Source of the DNA: Halobacteria archaeon
Lineage (GTDB): Archaea > Halobacteriota > Syntropharchaeia > JACQPP01
NCBI GenBank assembly: GCA_038869515.1
Contig: JAWCQZ010000003.1
Coordinates: 126,884 to 190,883, forward strand
Reading direction: 5' to 3'
DNA length: 64,000 nt
Part shown: in pieces, positions 34,481-44,577 of the stretch
Layout of the letters: each line of letters opens with the position of its first letter
Numbering within the stretch: position 1 is the stretch's first letter
Made by a program: the position numbers and the translations under genes
Notes under the pieces: generated by a model
What the model was told of the DNA's origin: nothing
The model's input: the letters and a program-made list of their open reading frames with translations, nothing else
Databases searched by the model: none

Positions 34481-35236
34481 ATGCGCTGGCGGGCCCTGCC
34501 CCTGCTGCTTCTCCTCGCCCTCCCCACGGCGGGCCTCCGGCTCACCGGCCAGCTCTACGAACTGGGGCCGGGACCCGACCTTCAGCCTGCCACGGAGACC
34601 CTGGTGGTGGAAGCCCGCAGCAACGGGGAGCTTTCGGGCCGGACCGTGGCAAGCCGGGGAGCCTACACCCTCGAACTGGGGCCCGGGGAGTATCGCATCC
34701 TCGCCCTCTCCCCCGCCGGCGAGGTCCGGGCCAGCGAGAACGTGAGCCTCCGGGCCGACGCCCGGCTGGACCTCATTCTCCTCCCCTCCCTCGACCTTCC
34801 GGACCTTCCTCTGAACGAGAGCCTCCTGGGGAACCTGACCCTTCCCGCAGGGAGGGGGGAGAGGAGCCTCCTCTGGGCCGGCGGTGTGGCCGTGGCCGCT
34901 GCGGCTGCGGGCGCGCTCCTGCTCCTCCGGCTCCGGAAGCGGAGGTCCGAGGTCGCGCCTCCGCCCTCGCCGGGGGGCCTCCCGGACGACCTCCAGGCCA
35001 TGCTCCGCGCCCTGGAGCGGGAGGGGGGCCGGACGACCCAGAAGGAGTTGCGGAGGCACCTGGGCTACTCGGAGGCGAAGGTCAGCCTCATGGTCGCCGA
35101 CCTGGAGAACCGCGGGCTCGTCCGGAAGTTCAAGGTGGGGCGGGGCAACATCGTGGTCCTGGAGAAGGGCCCGGAGGGCTCCTCCCAGCCGCCGAAGGCC
35201 CCGCAAAGCGACCGGAAGCAAAATGAAGGGTCGTAA
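34481..35236 (+). CDS. Membrane-tethered winged-helix regulator (signal peptide, extracytoplasmic domain, TM, cytoplasmic wHTH)
   Basis: 251 aa from ATG 34481, about 25 bp after TATA-like CTTTAAAAGG; signal peptide; three N-x-S/T sequons in the N-terminal domain; TM helix followed by RKRRSE; C-terminal wHTH (…TQKELRRHLGYSEAKVSLMVADLENRGLVRKFKVGRGNIVVL…). Confidence 0.6.
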   Translation: MRWRALPLLLLLALPTAGLRLTGQLYELGPGPDLQPATETLVVEARSNGELSGRTVASRGAYTLELGPGEYRILALSPAGEVRASENVSLRADARLDLILLPSLDLPDLPLNESLLGNLTLPAGRGERSLLWAGGVAVAAAAAGALLLLRLRKRRSEVAPPPSPGGLPDDLQAMLRALEREGGRTTQKELRRHLGYSEAKVSLMVADLENRGLVRKFKVGRGNIVVLEKGPEGSSQPPKAPQSDRKQNEGS

Positions 35237-35238
35237 AG

Positions 35239-35268
35239 TTTTTTCGCGCTTGAAGAGTGCGAAAAAAA
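35239..35268 (+). terminator. Hairpin with flanking T/A runs immediately after the preceding stop codon
   Basis: TTTTTTCGC-GCTTGAAGAGT-GCGAAAAAAA; arms are reverse complements. Confidence 0.35.
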
Positions 35269-35486
35269 CGAGGGTCTTTATCCGATTCCCAATGAGAGGC
35301 ATGTCCGGCCATGTCGGACGAGCGGATTCCGAACCGCGAAGCAGCCGCATTCCGGAAGGGCCGGGCGCCGGATTCCCGACCCAAAACCGGCAAGCAGAGC
35401 CGCGTCGCGGGAGGGTCTGTTTGCCCCGACATCTTTAAGCCACTGGGGGGAGATTTCCCCCTGTCAAATGGACGGGAGGTGAGACA

Positions 35487-36812
35487 ATGAATATGAAAAC
35501 CAGCAAGACACTTTTCGCCATTTTCGTCATCACCCTCTTCGCCGCCACCATGGTTCCGGCCCAGGCCCAAGAAACTGCCCGCGAGAAGGCTTCGGAAGAG
35601 GCCAAGGAGCGGACGGCCCGGGAAGCCAAAGAACGCGCAGCCGAGGAGGCCAAGGAACGCGGTCTCGAGCGGGCCAAGGAGATGGCCTCCGAGCGTGGCA
35701 AGGAGATGGGCCTCAAGCGGGCCGAGGAGGCGAAGAAGCGCGCCAGCGAGGCCAGGCAGAAGGCCGCTGAGGCCGGGCAGAAGGCCGCCGAGGCCGAGCA
35801 GAAGGGCGACATCGCCAAGGCCCGGGTCGAAGAGGCCAAGCAGCGCCACGAAGAGGCGCGCGAGAAGGCCCAAGCGGCCATGGAGAGGCTCGAGAACGCC
35901 AAGGACCGCGCCGCCAGCGCCAAGGAACGGCATGATGCCGCCCGTGAGAACGCGAAGGAGTTCCGCGAGAACGCCAAGCAGGCCCACGAGCGGTTCTCCC
36001 AGGCCAAGCAGCGGTTCCAGGAGTTCAAGGGCAAGGCCATCGCGACGGGCAAGGACCGGAAGGCGGCCCTCGAGGCCACCGCCGACGTCCAGGTCGCCGC
36101 CGCGACCGAGGTCCAGTCCACCGTGGACGAGACCGCCGCCGTGACCGAGGAGACGGTCGAAGCTCTCCGGGCCGACAGCGACCTGACCGGGGCGGAGCAG
36201 CAGGAGATTCTGGACGAGTCGGGGGTGCTTGAGGTCGCCCCCGAGGCCGCCTCCGGCAGCGAGGACCTCGGCGCCATCGCCAGCGAGACCGAGGCCGAAA
36301 CCACGACCATCCCCAGCGAACCGGACGAGAAGACCTACAACGAGAAGAAGGAGAAACTCAAGGAGAAACTCGAGAAACTCAAGAAGAAGCACGCCGAACT
36401 CCAGCACAAGCACAAGGCGCACGTCTGCAAAGTGATTTCCGCCAAGATGCTCCACGCCATCAAGAAGGCGCAGAAGTTCGCCGACCGGCTCGAACTGCAG
36501 GGGAAGGACGTGTCCACCCTGCGGGCCAAAATCACCGACGCCATCGCCGAGGCCAAGGACATCGCGAGACTCTGCAGGAGCATCAAGGATGCCAGAGGCG
36601 TGGACGCCATCGTGAGGGAGGTCCAGCCGAAGATTCAGGAACTCCGCAAGAGCCTCCAAGAGGCCTTCGTCCTCCTGAAGCAGCAGGCTGGACTGCCCGC
36701 CGCGAGCCCGAGCCCGTTGCCTCCGGTGACGGCCCCGGCGCCGGCTCCGACCACGGCTCCAGCACCCGCACCTACAACGGCCGCCTCCCCGGCGGCTGCC
36801 GCCTCTCCGTAA
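35487..36812 (+). CDS. Secreted coiled-coil protein with AKER/EEAK repeats and C-terminal Pro/Thr/Ala-rich tail
   Basis: 441 aa; signal peptide (MNMKTSKTLFAIFVITLFAATMVPAQA), long Lys/Glu/Ala/Arg-rich helical repeats, PAPAPTT tail; GGAGGTGA ribosome-binding-like site before the ATG. Confidence 0.65.
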   Translation: MNMKTSKTLFAIFVITLFAATMVPAQAQETAREKASEEAKERTAREAKERAAEEAKERGLERAKEMASERGKEMGLKRAEEAKKRASEARQKAAEAGQKAAEAEQKGDIAKARVEEAKQRHEEAREKAQAAMERLENAKDRAASAKERHDAARENAKEFRENAKQAHERFSQAKQRFQEFKGKAIATGKDRKAALEATADVQVAAATEVQSTVDETAAVTEETVEALRADSDLTGAEQQEILDESGVLEVAPEAASGSEDLGAIASETEAETTTIPSEPDEKTYNEKKEKLKEKLEKLKKKHAELQHKHKAHVCKVISAKMLHAIKKAQKFADRLELQGKDVSTLRAKITDAIAEAKDIARLCRSIKDARGVDAIVREVQPKIQELRKSLQEAFVLLKQQAGLPAASPSPLPPVTAPAPAPTTAPAPAPTTAASPAAAASP

Positions 36813-36815
36813 GCG

Positions 36816-37034
36816 ATGAAAGCAACCCTGTTCATCGTGGCGGCTCTGATGGCCGCGGCCCTCTTGGTCAGCGGGTGCGCGAGCGGCCCCTCGCCCGCCG
36901 TGCCTCCCGCGGCCACCAAGGCCCCGTCGGCCACCGGAGCGAAGGGAATCTCCGCGGACGACGCGAAGACTCTCGAGTCGCTGCTGAACACGACCATCCC
37001 GGACCTTCCAGAACTGCCCGACCTGAGCCTCTGA
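36816..37034 (+). CDS. Small secreted/lipoprotein-like protein
   Basis: 72 aa; signal peptide with lipobox-like LVSGC; 3 bp after the coiled-coil gene. Confidence 0.45.
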   Translation: MKATLFIVAALMAAALLVSGCASGPSPAVPPAATKAPSATGAKGISADDAKTLESLLNTTIPDLPELPDLSL

Positions 37035-37086
37035 CCGGCAGAGGCTCGGGCCCTCCTTTTTTATCCCCTGCGACGCCGAGCGGAGC

Positions 37087-38157
37087 TCAGGCCTGGGTGC
37101 GAGGAATCCAGCCTTTCAGCCGGATGACCGTGTAAACGACCAGGGTGGACACGAACGAGGAGAGGCCCAGCAGGGGTAACCAGAGGGGGCTGCCCCGTTC
37201 CAGGCCGAGGGCCTCGGGCCCGATGGTGGCGAGGGTGTTGGGGGCGAGGAACGCCGTCCCGGCCAGGGCGAGCAGGAACGCCACGTAGGAGATGCGGTTG
37301 TTGAGAATCGTCAACTGATTGTTGTAGATGGACTGGAGGACCTCCAGGCCCGAGGCGAGAACCGTGCTCATCTGCTCGCTCAGGGAGATGTGGCGGTTGA
37401 CCTCCTCGCCCAGGATGGCGACCCTCTGGAGGAGTCGGGGCTCGTCGGTGATGGTTTCCGCGTCGCCGTAGCGCAGGGAGTTGACCACGTCAAGGGTCGC
37501 CCAGAGGGCGTCGAGGTAGGCGATGAGGGCCTGCTTCATCTGGTAGATCTCCTTTCCGACTTCCGGGCGGATGGAGGCGGGCTCGATCAGGAGTTTGCCG
37601 ATTTTTCCCCCCTCCTCCTCGATTTTCCGGAGGCCGGCGAAGTTGCTGTCGTTGTTTTCGTCGAGGATGCGGGTGAGGAAGAGGGTGAGCCGGTCGTTCC
37701 AGGCCAGGCTGGGCTTCAGTTTCTTCATGACGATGTCGGCATACCGGTAGAGGCGCCCCATGCGCCCGATCTCGGGGGAGTGGAGGGTGACGATGAGGCC
37801 TTTCCGCAGGAGGACGAGGAGCGGCGTCACCCTCACCTGGAGAGCGTCGATGCGGACCGCGGGGACGGCGAGACCCAGCTCGGTCTCCAGGTCCTCGTAG
37901 GCGGAGGTGGGGCGGGCGAGGAGGGCGGTGGCCAGGGCCTGGCTGAAGCCGAGGGAGGAGGCCGCGGCGGGGGCCTCCTCTGCCAGATGGTCCAGGGTCA
38001 GGTCGATCCAGGCAATCGAGGCCTGGGAGAGGGCCGCGGAGAAGTCCTGGACCGACTGGCCCGTGAGCTTGAGGGGGCCGTTGGCCCCCAGGGCCACGCA
38101 GAATGCGCGGGGGGGCGGAGCGGGGGCCGACGGAGCCGAAACGGGGGCGCTTGCCAT
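37087..38157 (-). CDS. CorA-like divalent cation transporter (MIT superfamily); canonical GMN motif not evident
   Basis: 356 aa; cytoplasmic N-terminal domain plus two C-terminal TM helices in CorA arrangement; pore motif reads APN rather than GMN. Confidence 0.6.
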   Translation of the reverse strand: MASAPVSAPSAPAPPPRAFCVALGANGPLKLTGQSVQDFSAALSQASIAWIDLTLDHLAEEAPAAASSLGFSQALATALLARPTSAYEDLETELGLAVPAVRIDALQVRVTPLLVLLRKGLIVTLHSPEIGRMGRLYRYADIVMKKLKPSLAWNDRLTLFLTRILDENNDSNFAGLRKIEEEGGKIGKLLIEPASIRPEVGKEIYQMKQALIAYLDALWATLDVVNSLRYGDAETITDEPRLLQRVAILGEEVNRHISLSEQMSTVLASGLEVLQSIYNNQLTILNNRISYVAFLLALAGTAFLAPNTLATIGPEALGLERGSPLWLPLLGLSSFVSTLVVYTVIRLKGWIPRTQA

Positions 38158-38243
38158 AACTGGGGTCCTCTCGCCGCCAATAAAATTTATATGTTGCCCG
38201 CCGGGTTCGACCCTATGGGCATGAACCGGGGGCTCGGGGCCAG

Positions 38244-38717
38244 ATGATTCCCCGCCGCTACTTCGTCACGTCGGGCAAGGCCATCAGCCAGGTCACCGAC
38301 CTGAACGCCTTCGACCGGGCCCTCATCCAGGCGGGCATCGGGGAGCAGAACCTGGTCTACGTCTCCTCGGTCATCCCGGTCGGCGCCAAGCAGGTCGGCA
38401 GGACCAAACTCCCGATGGGGGCCATCACCCACACGGTCCTCGCCCAGATGCGCGGCTCCGAGGGCGAAACCATCTCCGCGGGCATCTCCTACGCCTACCG
38501 GAAGGACGGCCACGGGGGATACGTGGCGGAGGGGCACGGCTACATGAACTCCAGGGCCATGCGGCAGATTCTCCAGTGGAAGATGGACGAGATGGCCAAG
38601 TTGCGCGACGTCGAACTCCACCCCATCCGCTTCAAAATCGAGGAGCTCTCGATTCCCATGGACAACTACGGGGCCTGCATCTCGGCCCTGGTGTGGCTGC
38701 CGCCCTTCGACACCTGA
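38244..38717 (+). CDS. pdaD: Pyruvoyl-dependent arginine decarboxylase
   Basis: 157 aa; …FDRALIQAGIGEQNLVYVSSVIP… with the Ser-Ser self-cleavage site typical of PdaD. Confidence 0.8.
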   Translation: MIPRRYFVTSGKAISQVTDLNAFDRALIQAGIGEQNLVYVSSVIPVGAKQVGRTKLPMGAITHTVLAQMRGSEGETISAGISYAYRKDGHGGYVAEGHGYMNSRAMRQILQWKMDEMAKLRDVELHPIRFKIEELSIPMDNYGACISALVWLPPFDT

Positions 38718-38724
38718 TTCGCCG

Positions 38725-39033
38725 ATGGCCCGCAACTACCCCCTCAAGCGCGGCGTCTCTCCCGACCCGAAGCGCATCGAGGGGCTCCTCCACGAGTGCT
38801 TCGGCGTGGCCCCGCGGAGCCAGGAGGGGCGCTTCAGCGTCCAGTTCGGCTCCTTCGCGAGCCTCACGGTCTGGCTCGACGGGAAGTCCCTGATGGTGGA
38901 GAGCCGGCCCGCCCCGGGGACCCCCAGGGAGGCCATCCAGGACACCATCCGCAGATTTAACGACTTCCTCTTCAAGGCCACCGGATTCACCTCCAAGGAG
39001 CGGACGAAGAAGATGGGCAAAGAGGACGCCTGA
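38725..39033 (+). CDS. Hypothetical protein
   Basis: 102 aa; good codon bias; no family recognised. Confidence 0.5.
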   Translation: MARNYPLKRGVSPDPKRIEGLLHECFGVAPRSQEGRFSVQFGSFASLTVWLDGKSLMVESRPAPGTPREAIQDTIRRFNDFLFKATGFTSKERTKKMGKEDA

Positions 39034-39116
39034 CCCCCCGCAGCCGGGAAGGGGAGGGGGGCGCCGATCCCGGGTCAGGTTATAAATAGGAGGACCCCTT
39101 TCCCCATAGTCCTCCG

Positions 39117-39572
39117 ATGGCCCGAATGCACACCCGCCGGCGCGGCAAATCGAGCAGCCGGCGCTTCCCCCGGACGGCCCTCCCGGAGTGGGCGGTTCTC
39201 GACGCGTCCGAGATCGGGAACACCGTCCTCGCCCTCCGGAACCAGGGGCTCACCCCCTCGCGCATCGGCATGGCCCTGCGGGACCGCTACGGAGTCCCCT
39301 CCGCGCGGCTCGCCGGGAAGCGGGTCACCCGACTCCTCGAGGAGAAGGGGGCGGCCCCGAAGATTCCCGAGGACCTCGCGGCCCTCCTGGGGCGGGCGGT
39401 CCGCCTCAGCAAGCACCTCGGCGCCCACAAGACCGACGTCCACAACCGCAGGAACCTCCAGAGGGTCGAGTCCAAAATCCGGCGCCTGGCCAGATACTAC
39501 TCCCGGACCGGCAAACTCCCCACCGACTGGAACTACAGCCTGGAGACTGCCGAGGTCCTCCTGGCCCGGTAG
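39117..39572 (+). CDS. rps15: 30S ribosomal protein S15 (uS15)
   Basis: 151 aa; MARMHTRRRGKS…, archaeal S15/S13e signature throughout. Confidence 0.9.
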   Translation: MARMHTRRRGKSSSRRFPRTALPEWAVLDASEIGNTVLALRNQGLTPSRIGMALRDRYGVPSARLAGKRVTRLLEEKGAAPKIPEDLAALLGRAVRLSKHLGAHKTDVHNRRNLQRVESKIRRLARYYSRTGKLPTDWNYSLETAEVLLAR

Positions 39573-39576
39573 GCGG

Positions 39577-40863
39577 ATGGAACTGGCGTCGCGGCTCGAC
39601 GAAGCCGCAGCGCGGCTCTCCCGCCGCAGCTCGGTCCGGGTGGTGGCCCACCACGACGCCGACGGCATCGCCGCGGCGGCCATCCTCTTCCAGGCCCTCG
39701 CCCGGCGCGGGGCCTCCGTCCAGATCACGGCGACGAGCCGGGTCTCCCCCGAACTGCGGGCCGACCTGGCGGGGGAGGAGGCCGTGGTCTTCTGCGACCT
39801 TGGCTCCCAGGCGGCGTCCGGCGCGGACGGCCGGGCGGAGGTCATCCATCTCGACCACCACCCCCTGGCGGCGGGCCTCCCGGGCCTCGTGGTGAACCCG
39901 TGGCTCGACGGGCTCGACGGGACCGAGGCGGTCTCCTCCGCCGGCCTCGCCTACCTCCTCGCCCGGCGGCTGGGACCCTGCGGGGACCTCGCGGGCGTGG
40001 CCCTGGCGGGGACCCTCAGCGACCGGCAGCCTGTGGCGGGGCTGAACCGCGAAATCCTGGACGACGGGATCCGCGCGGGCTCGGTCCGGGTCGAGCGCGG
40101 CCCCCGGATCCCCGGGGACGCACGGACGCCGGTCCGCGACGCCCTCCTCCACCTCGCGGAACCGTGGACCGACATCGCCGGCGACCCCGGTGCGGTGGGC
40201 CGGTTCCTGGAGACCCTCTCCCTCGACGGCTCCCTCGGCCTGCGGGAGCTCGCCCCCGACTCCACCGAGGCGCTCGGGCGGGGGCTCGACGGCCTGCGGC
40301 GCTCCGCAGAGCCGGCGCCCCTGATGGGGGAGGTCTACACCCTGCCCCGCGGGGCCGTCGGGGAGGCTCTCCTCCTCGGCACGGTGCTGAACTGCGCGGG
40401 GTACTCCGGGGAGCCGTCGGTGGGCATCGCCCTCGCCTGCGGCGACGGCAGGTTGAGGGAGCGGGGGCTCGACCTGTGGCGGAAATTCCAGGGGCGGCTC
40501 ATCGGGGCCCTCCGGACCCTCCGGCCGGAGGAGTCCCGCCTCCTCCGCGTCGTCCGGGCCCCCGAGAGGAGCCTCGGCGGCGCCCTCGCCTCGGTGGCGG
40601 CCCGCTGCTTCCCGGCCGACCGGCCGCTGCTCGTCCTCCACGAGGGGCCCGGAGGCGTCAAGGTCTCCGCCCGGGCCCTGCGCCCCCTCCGGGAGCGCGG
40701 CGTGGACCTGGGCGAGGCGCTCGGGCGGGCCGCCTCACGGCTCGGAGGGGCGGGCGGGGGCCACCCGGTCGCCGCGGGGGCGACGCTGCCGGCGGGGACG
40801 GCCGGGGAGTTCCTCGCCTCAGTGGAGGAGATGGTCGGGGGTCAACTCGGAGGGGGGACGTGA
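39577..40863 (+). CDS. DHH-family phosphoesterase (archaeal RecJ-like)
   Basis: 428 aa; DHH motifs (VVAHHDADGI); conserved position after rps15. Confidence 0.75.
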   Translation: MELASRLDEAAARLSRRSSVRVVAHHDADGIAAAAILFQALARRGASVQITATSRVSPELRADLAGEEAVVFCDLGSQAASGADGRAEVIHLDHHPLAAGLPGLVVNPWLDGLDGTEAVSSAGLAYLLARRLGPCGDLAGVALAGTLSDRQPVAGLNREILDDGIRAGSVRVERGPRIPGDARTPVRDALLHLAEPWTDIAGDPGAVGRFLETLSLDGSLGLRELAPDSTEALGRGLDGLRRSAEPAPLMGEVYTLPRGAVGEALLLGTVLNCAGYSGEPSVGIALACGDGRLRERGLDLWRKFQGRLIGALRTLRPEESRLLRVVRAPERSLGGALASVAARCFPADRPLLVLHEGPGGVKVSARALRPLRERGVDLGEALGRAASRLGGAGGGHPVAAGATLPAGTAGEFLASVEEMVGGQLGGGT

Positions 40864-40987
40864 GAGAGCGGCGGAGGGCATTCGCGGTCGAAATCCGGCA
40901 GGGGCGCCGCCTGCTGCTGCGGGCCTCGGAGCCGGAACTCGCCGCTCTCCGGGAGCGGGTGGACGCGTTCCTGGCCGGGAAGGGCGC

Positions 40988-41728
40988 TCAGGCGGACTTG
41001 CGGCCCAGGCGGGCGGCGATGCGGCCCCAGTCGAGGCGGAAGAGCAGGTAGAGGATGGCCAGGATGGCGATGATGGTCGCCACGCCCGAGACCCACGATT
41101 CCTCGGGGCCGAACACCCTGAGAAGGCTCCGCCCGTAGTAGAAGGCGCCGTAGGCCACGGCCAGGAGGAGGGTCAGTTTCCCCAGCCACATCGCGGTCAC
41201 GGCGTAGCGGAAGCGGAACCCCGCGATGCCCGCGGGAATCATGACCACCTTGTCGGGCAGGGGAGTCACCGCCATGATAAAAATCAGGAAATACATGAGC
41301 CTCGGCCGCACCCTGGCCGCGGATTGGAGTTCCTGGACCTTTTTGGAGCCGGCGGCCACCCTGCGGATGCCTGCGCCGATGAGATAGCCCACCGACTCGC
41401 CGAAGAAGGCCCCGATGGAGGCCACCGCGGCCACGAACGCCGGGAACCAGGGCTCGGCAGGGGGCTCCGAGAGGAAGAAGACCGCGAGGATGTAGGGGCT
41501 CGGGAAGGGGCTGATGTTCCCGAGGAGAGTGATGCCCACCGTCACCAGGAGGGCGGTCCCGAGGGCCTCGCTCTTCAGGTGCTGCGTCCAGTCGCGCCAT
41601 TGGCCCAGGGAGAGGGCCCGGCCCGCTTCGGGGTTGCCGAAAAGGTAGAGAGCGAGGAGCCCCACCCCGGCCAGGGAGAGAAGGAAGGCGAGGTCTATTT
41701 TGCGAATGGGGAGTTTCATGGGGCGCAT
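40988..41728 (-). CDS. DedA/SNARE-associated (VTT-domain) membrane protein
   Basis: 246 aa from ATG 41728; multi-pass membrane protein with VTT-domain motif. Confidence 0.7.
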   Translation of the reverse strand: MRPMKLPIRKIDLAFLLSLAGVGLLALYLFGNPEAGRALSLGQWRDWTQHLKSEALGTALLVTVGITLLGNISPFPSPYILAVFFLSEPPAEPWFPAFVAAVASIGAFFGESVGYLIGAGIRRVAAGSKKVQELQSAARVRPRLMYFLIFIMAVTPLPDKVVMIPAGIAGFRFRYAVTAMWLGKLTLLLAVAYGAFYYGRSLLRVFGPEESWVSGVATIIAILAILYLLFRLDWGRIAARLGRKSA

Positions 41729-41816
41729 CTCGCAGGGCGGCATATAACCCCTCCGCAGGAGGCCCCCGGCGCCCTTCCGCCGATGGGTATTTGGGAGGGG
41801 GACGGGAGTCCCGGCG

Positions 41817-43013
41817 ATGCCACGGCTCCCCGGGTTCGCCGCCATCCTCTCCCCCGGCGCCGCGCCCCCCCTCACGGCGGGGAGCATCTGGCCGGTTCCG
41901 GTGGTCGTCTTCTCGGCCCTCCTCATCGCCTGGGCCGCCGAGGTCGCGGAGTTCTTCGTCTCCCAGGGCCTCGCCCTGGCCGTCCTCGCCTTCCTCCAGG
42001 TCCTGCCGGAGTTCGCCGTCGAGGCGGCCATCGCCCACAACGCCGCCCAGAACCCGAGCCTCATCGGACTGGTCACGGCGAACTTCACCGGCTCCAACAG
42101 GCTCCTGGTCGGCGTCGGGCTGCCGCTGGTGTTCTTCCTCGCCGCGTTCGCCGCCCGCCGGAGGAGGGAGCGCTTCCGGGCCATCGAATTGCGCCCCGGC
42201 CACAGCGTCGAGGTCCTCTTCCTCCTCATCCCCACGGCCTACATGGCGGTGCCCTACCTCCGGGGCGCCCTCGGACTCGTGGACTCGGCGGTTCTGGCCT
42301 CGATATTCGGGCTCTACCTCTGGATTCTGGGAAGGCTCCCCCCGGAACCCAGGGGGGCCGCAGAGGTCGTTCCAGGGGTGGCGGGGTTCGTCCTCACGAA
42401 AAGCGCGCGGGTGCAGAAGAGTTTCGTCCTCGGGGGGTTCCTCGGCGGGGGACTCCTCCTCTTCCTCGCGGCGGAGCCCTTCCTCGGGGCGATGATGGGA
42501 GTCGCCGCTGCCCTCGGCATCTCCACTTTCTTCTTCGTCCAGTGGATTGCCCCTGCCCTCTCCGAGTTCCCCGAGTTCATCGCAGCCTCCCGGTGGGCGG
42601 TCCAGGTCCGCGCAGCCACCCCCGCCCTGGTGAACATCCTGTCGGCCAAGGTGAACCAGTGGACCCTCCTGGTGGCGATGATTCCGATGGTATTCTCCAT
42701 TTCGCTCGGCCGGAACGCGGACGTCCCGCTGGGGGACATCCACGGGGTCCAGCGGGTGGAACTGCTGCTGACGGCGGCCCAGTCCGTCGCGGCGGTGGCC
42801 ATTTTCCTGAAGATGCGGATGACCGCCCTGGACGCCGGGCTCCTTTTCGGCCTCTGGTTCTTCCAATTCGTCGAGCCGGGTCTCCGGGAGGAGATGATTC
42901 CGGTCTACCTCGCCTTCGCGGTGTTCGAGGTCGTCCGCCACCGGAAGGAACTGCGGCTCCTCCGGGACTTCCGGGAGGTCCTGCGGAGCCACGCCGTCCG
43001 GAGGCCCGCCTGA
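41817..43013 (+). CDS. Ca2+/cation antiporter (CaCA)-like membrane protein
   Basis: 398 aa; two internal alpha-repeat-like segments (…LSEFPEF…); start may be internal. Confidence 0.55.
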   Translation: MPRLPGFAAILSPGAAPPLTAGSIWPVPVVVFSALLIAWAAEVAEFFVSQGLALAVLAFLQVLPEFAVEAAIAHNAAQNPSLIGLVTANFTGSNRLLVGVGLPLVFFLAAFAARRRRERFRAIELRPGHSVEVLFLLIPTAYMAVPYLRGALGLVDSAVLASIFGLYLWILGRLPPEPRGAAEVVPGVAGFVLTKSARVQKSFVLGGFLGGGLLLFLAAEPFLGAMMGVAAALGISTFFFVQWIAPALSEFPEFIAASRWAVQVRAATPALVNILSAKVNQWTLLVAMIPMVFSISLGRNADVPLGDIHGVQRVELLLTAAQSVAAVAIFLKMRMTALDAGLLFGLWFFQFVEPGLREEMIPVYLAFAVFEVVRHRKELRLLRDFREVLRSHAVRRPA

Positions 43014-43066
43014 CGCCGGAGACCGTTGGCAATAAGATTTAAACGGCACGGGCCGAAGCACCCCCG

Positions 43067-43423
43067 ATGGCCACCGACGCCACCGGCCTCGCGGTCTTCG
43101 TCCTCCTGGGGCTCCTCTTCCCGACCACCGGCATCCTCGCCACCAAGTTGTTCCGGCCCCACCGCCCTTCGGTCCGCAAGGAGGCCATCTACGAGTGCGG
43201 CGAGACGCCCCTCGGGGAGACGCCGCTGCAGTTCCACTTCCAGTATTACATCTACGCCCTCATCTTCGTCGTCTTCGACATCCTCGCCGTGTTCCTCTTC
43301 CTCTGGGCCTACGTCTACCGGGCGGCGCCGGCGGAGACGCTCCTGCCCGTGGGGGCCCTGGTCGGAATCATGCTGGTGGCGCTGACCTACGCGCTGAAAA
43401 AGGAGTCCTACACCTGGATCTAA
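43067..43423 (+). CDS. nuoA: NADH-quinone (or F420H2) oxidoreductase subunit A
   Basis: 118 aa, 3 TM helices, YECGE motif; TATA-like AAGATTTAAACGG about 25 bp upstream. Confidence 0.8.
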   Translation: MATDATGLAVFVLLGLLFPTTGILATKLFRPHRPSVRKEAIYECGETPLGETPLQFHFQYYIYALIFVVFDILAVFLFLWAYVYRAAPAETLLPVGALVGIMLVALTYALKKESYTWI

Positions 43424-43426
43424 GCC

Positions 43427-43993
43427 ATGGTGCTCCCCGACCCCCTACGGCTCGCCTCCCACGGCACCACGGTCATCCTCGCCAAGTTCCGCGACCTCCT
43501 CGACACCGTGACCAACCCCCTCCTCCGCTGGGGGGCGGCCAACTCACTCTGGCTCTACACCCTCGGCATCAAGTGCTGCGCCGTGGAGATGGCGGGCCTC
43601 GGCATCCGGTTCGACGCCGACCGGTTCGGCATCGTGCCCCGGGCGAGTCCCCGCCAGTGCGACCTGCTCATCGTCAACGGCCCCATCACCCACAAGTTCG
43701 CGCCGAAGATGCGGACCCTCTACGAGCAGATGGCGGAGCCCAAGTACGTGCTCGCCATGGGGGACTGCTCCATCTGCGGCGGACCGTTCTTCGACTCTTA
43801 CAGCGTGATGGAGGGGGTGGACAAGCTCTTCCCGGTGGACGTCTACGTCCCCGGCTGCCCCCCGCGGCCCGAGACCCTGATTGACGGCATCCTGAAACTG
43901 CAGGAGAAAATCAAGCGGGGCGAAATCGGCCGCTACCGTGTGCCCCACGACACCGTGGGAGTCATCACCTCCCCGGCCTCGGGCAAGGCGTAG
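43427..43993 (+). CDS. nuoB: NADH-quinone oxidoreductase subunit B
   Basis: 188 aa; [14 protein letters not shown] and PGCPP Fe-S motifs. Confidence 0.9.
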   Translation: MVLPDPLRLASHGTTVILAKFRDLLDTVTNPLLRWGAANSLWLYTLGIKCCAVEMAGLGIRFDADRFGIVPRASPRQCDLLIVNGPITHKFAPKMRTLYEQMAEPKYVLAMGDCSICGGPFFDSYSVMEGVDKLFPVDVYVPGCPPRPETLIDGILKLQEKIKRGEIGRYRVPHDTVGVITSPASGKA

Positions 43994-43995
43994 CC

Positions 43996-44577
43996 ATGGC
44001 CGCCGAAGCGAAGCCCGCGGCCCCGGCCCCCGCGCCCCCTGGCCCCGAGTCGGAACTCCTCGCCGCCCTCCTCGCCGCCATCCCCGGCGCCCAAGGAAAG
44101 GTGAAGCGGGCGCGCCGCATCGAGGTCACCTTGCCAAAGGAGCAACTGCTCGACGCCGCCCGCTGGCTCGCCGAGAGGACCTTCGTCCACTGCTCCTCGG
44201 TCGTGGGAGTGGATCGCCACCCCAAGCCGGAGATGGAGTCGGTCGCGCACGCCTGGTCCTACGAGAAGAGGATGCTGGTGAGCCTGCGGGTCGTCCTGCC
44301 CCGCGACAGCCCCAGGGTCGCCTCGGTGACCCCGGTCTGGCCCGGGGCGAACTGGCACGAGCGGGAGGCGTGGGACCTCCTCGGCATCGCCTACGAGGGG
44401 CACCCCGGCCTGCGGCGCATCCTCAACCCGGACGATTGGCGGGGCCACCCCCTGCGCAAGGACGAGCCCCTGCCGGAGAAGAAGCGGTTCATCACGCCGC
44501 ACGACTACGAAGCGGAGGTCGCGGCCGAAATCGAGGCGCGGCGGGCCCAGGGCTACCTGCGGGGGGCGGAGGAGTGA
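43996..44577 (+). CDS. nuoC: NADH-quinone oxidoreductase subunit C
   Basis: 193 aa; …[24 protein letters not shown]…HPLRKD…. Confidence 0.85.
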   Translation: MAAEAKPAAPAPAPPGPESELLAALLAAIPGAQGKVKRARRIEVTLPKEQLLDAARWLAERTFVHCSSVVGVDRHPKPEMESVAHAWSYEKRMLVSLRVVLPRDSPRVASVTPVWPGANWHEREAWDLLGIAYEGHPGLRRILNPDDWRGHPLRKDEPLPEKKRFITPHDYEAEVAAEIEARRAQGYLRGAEE

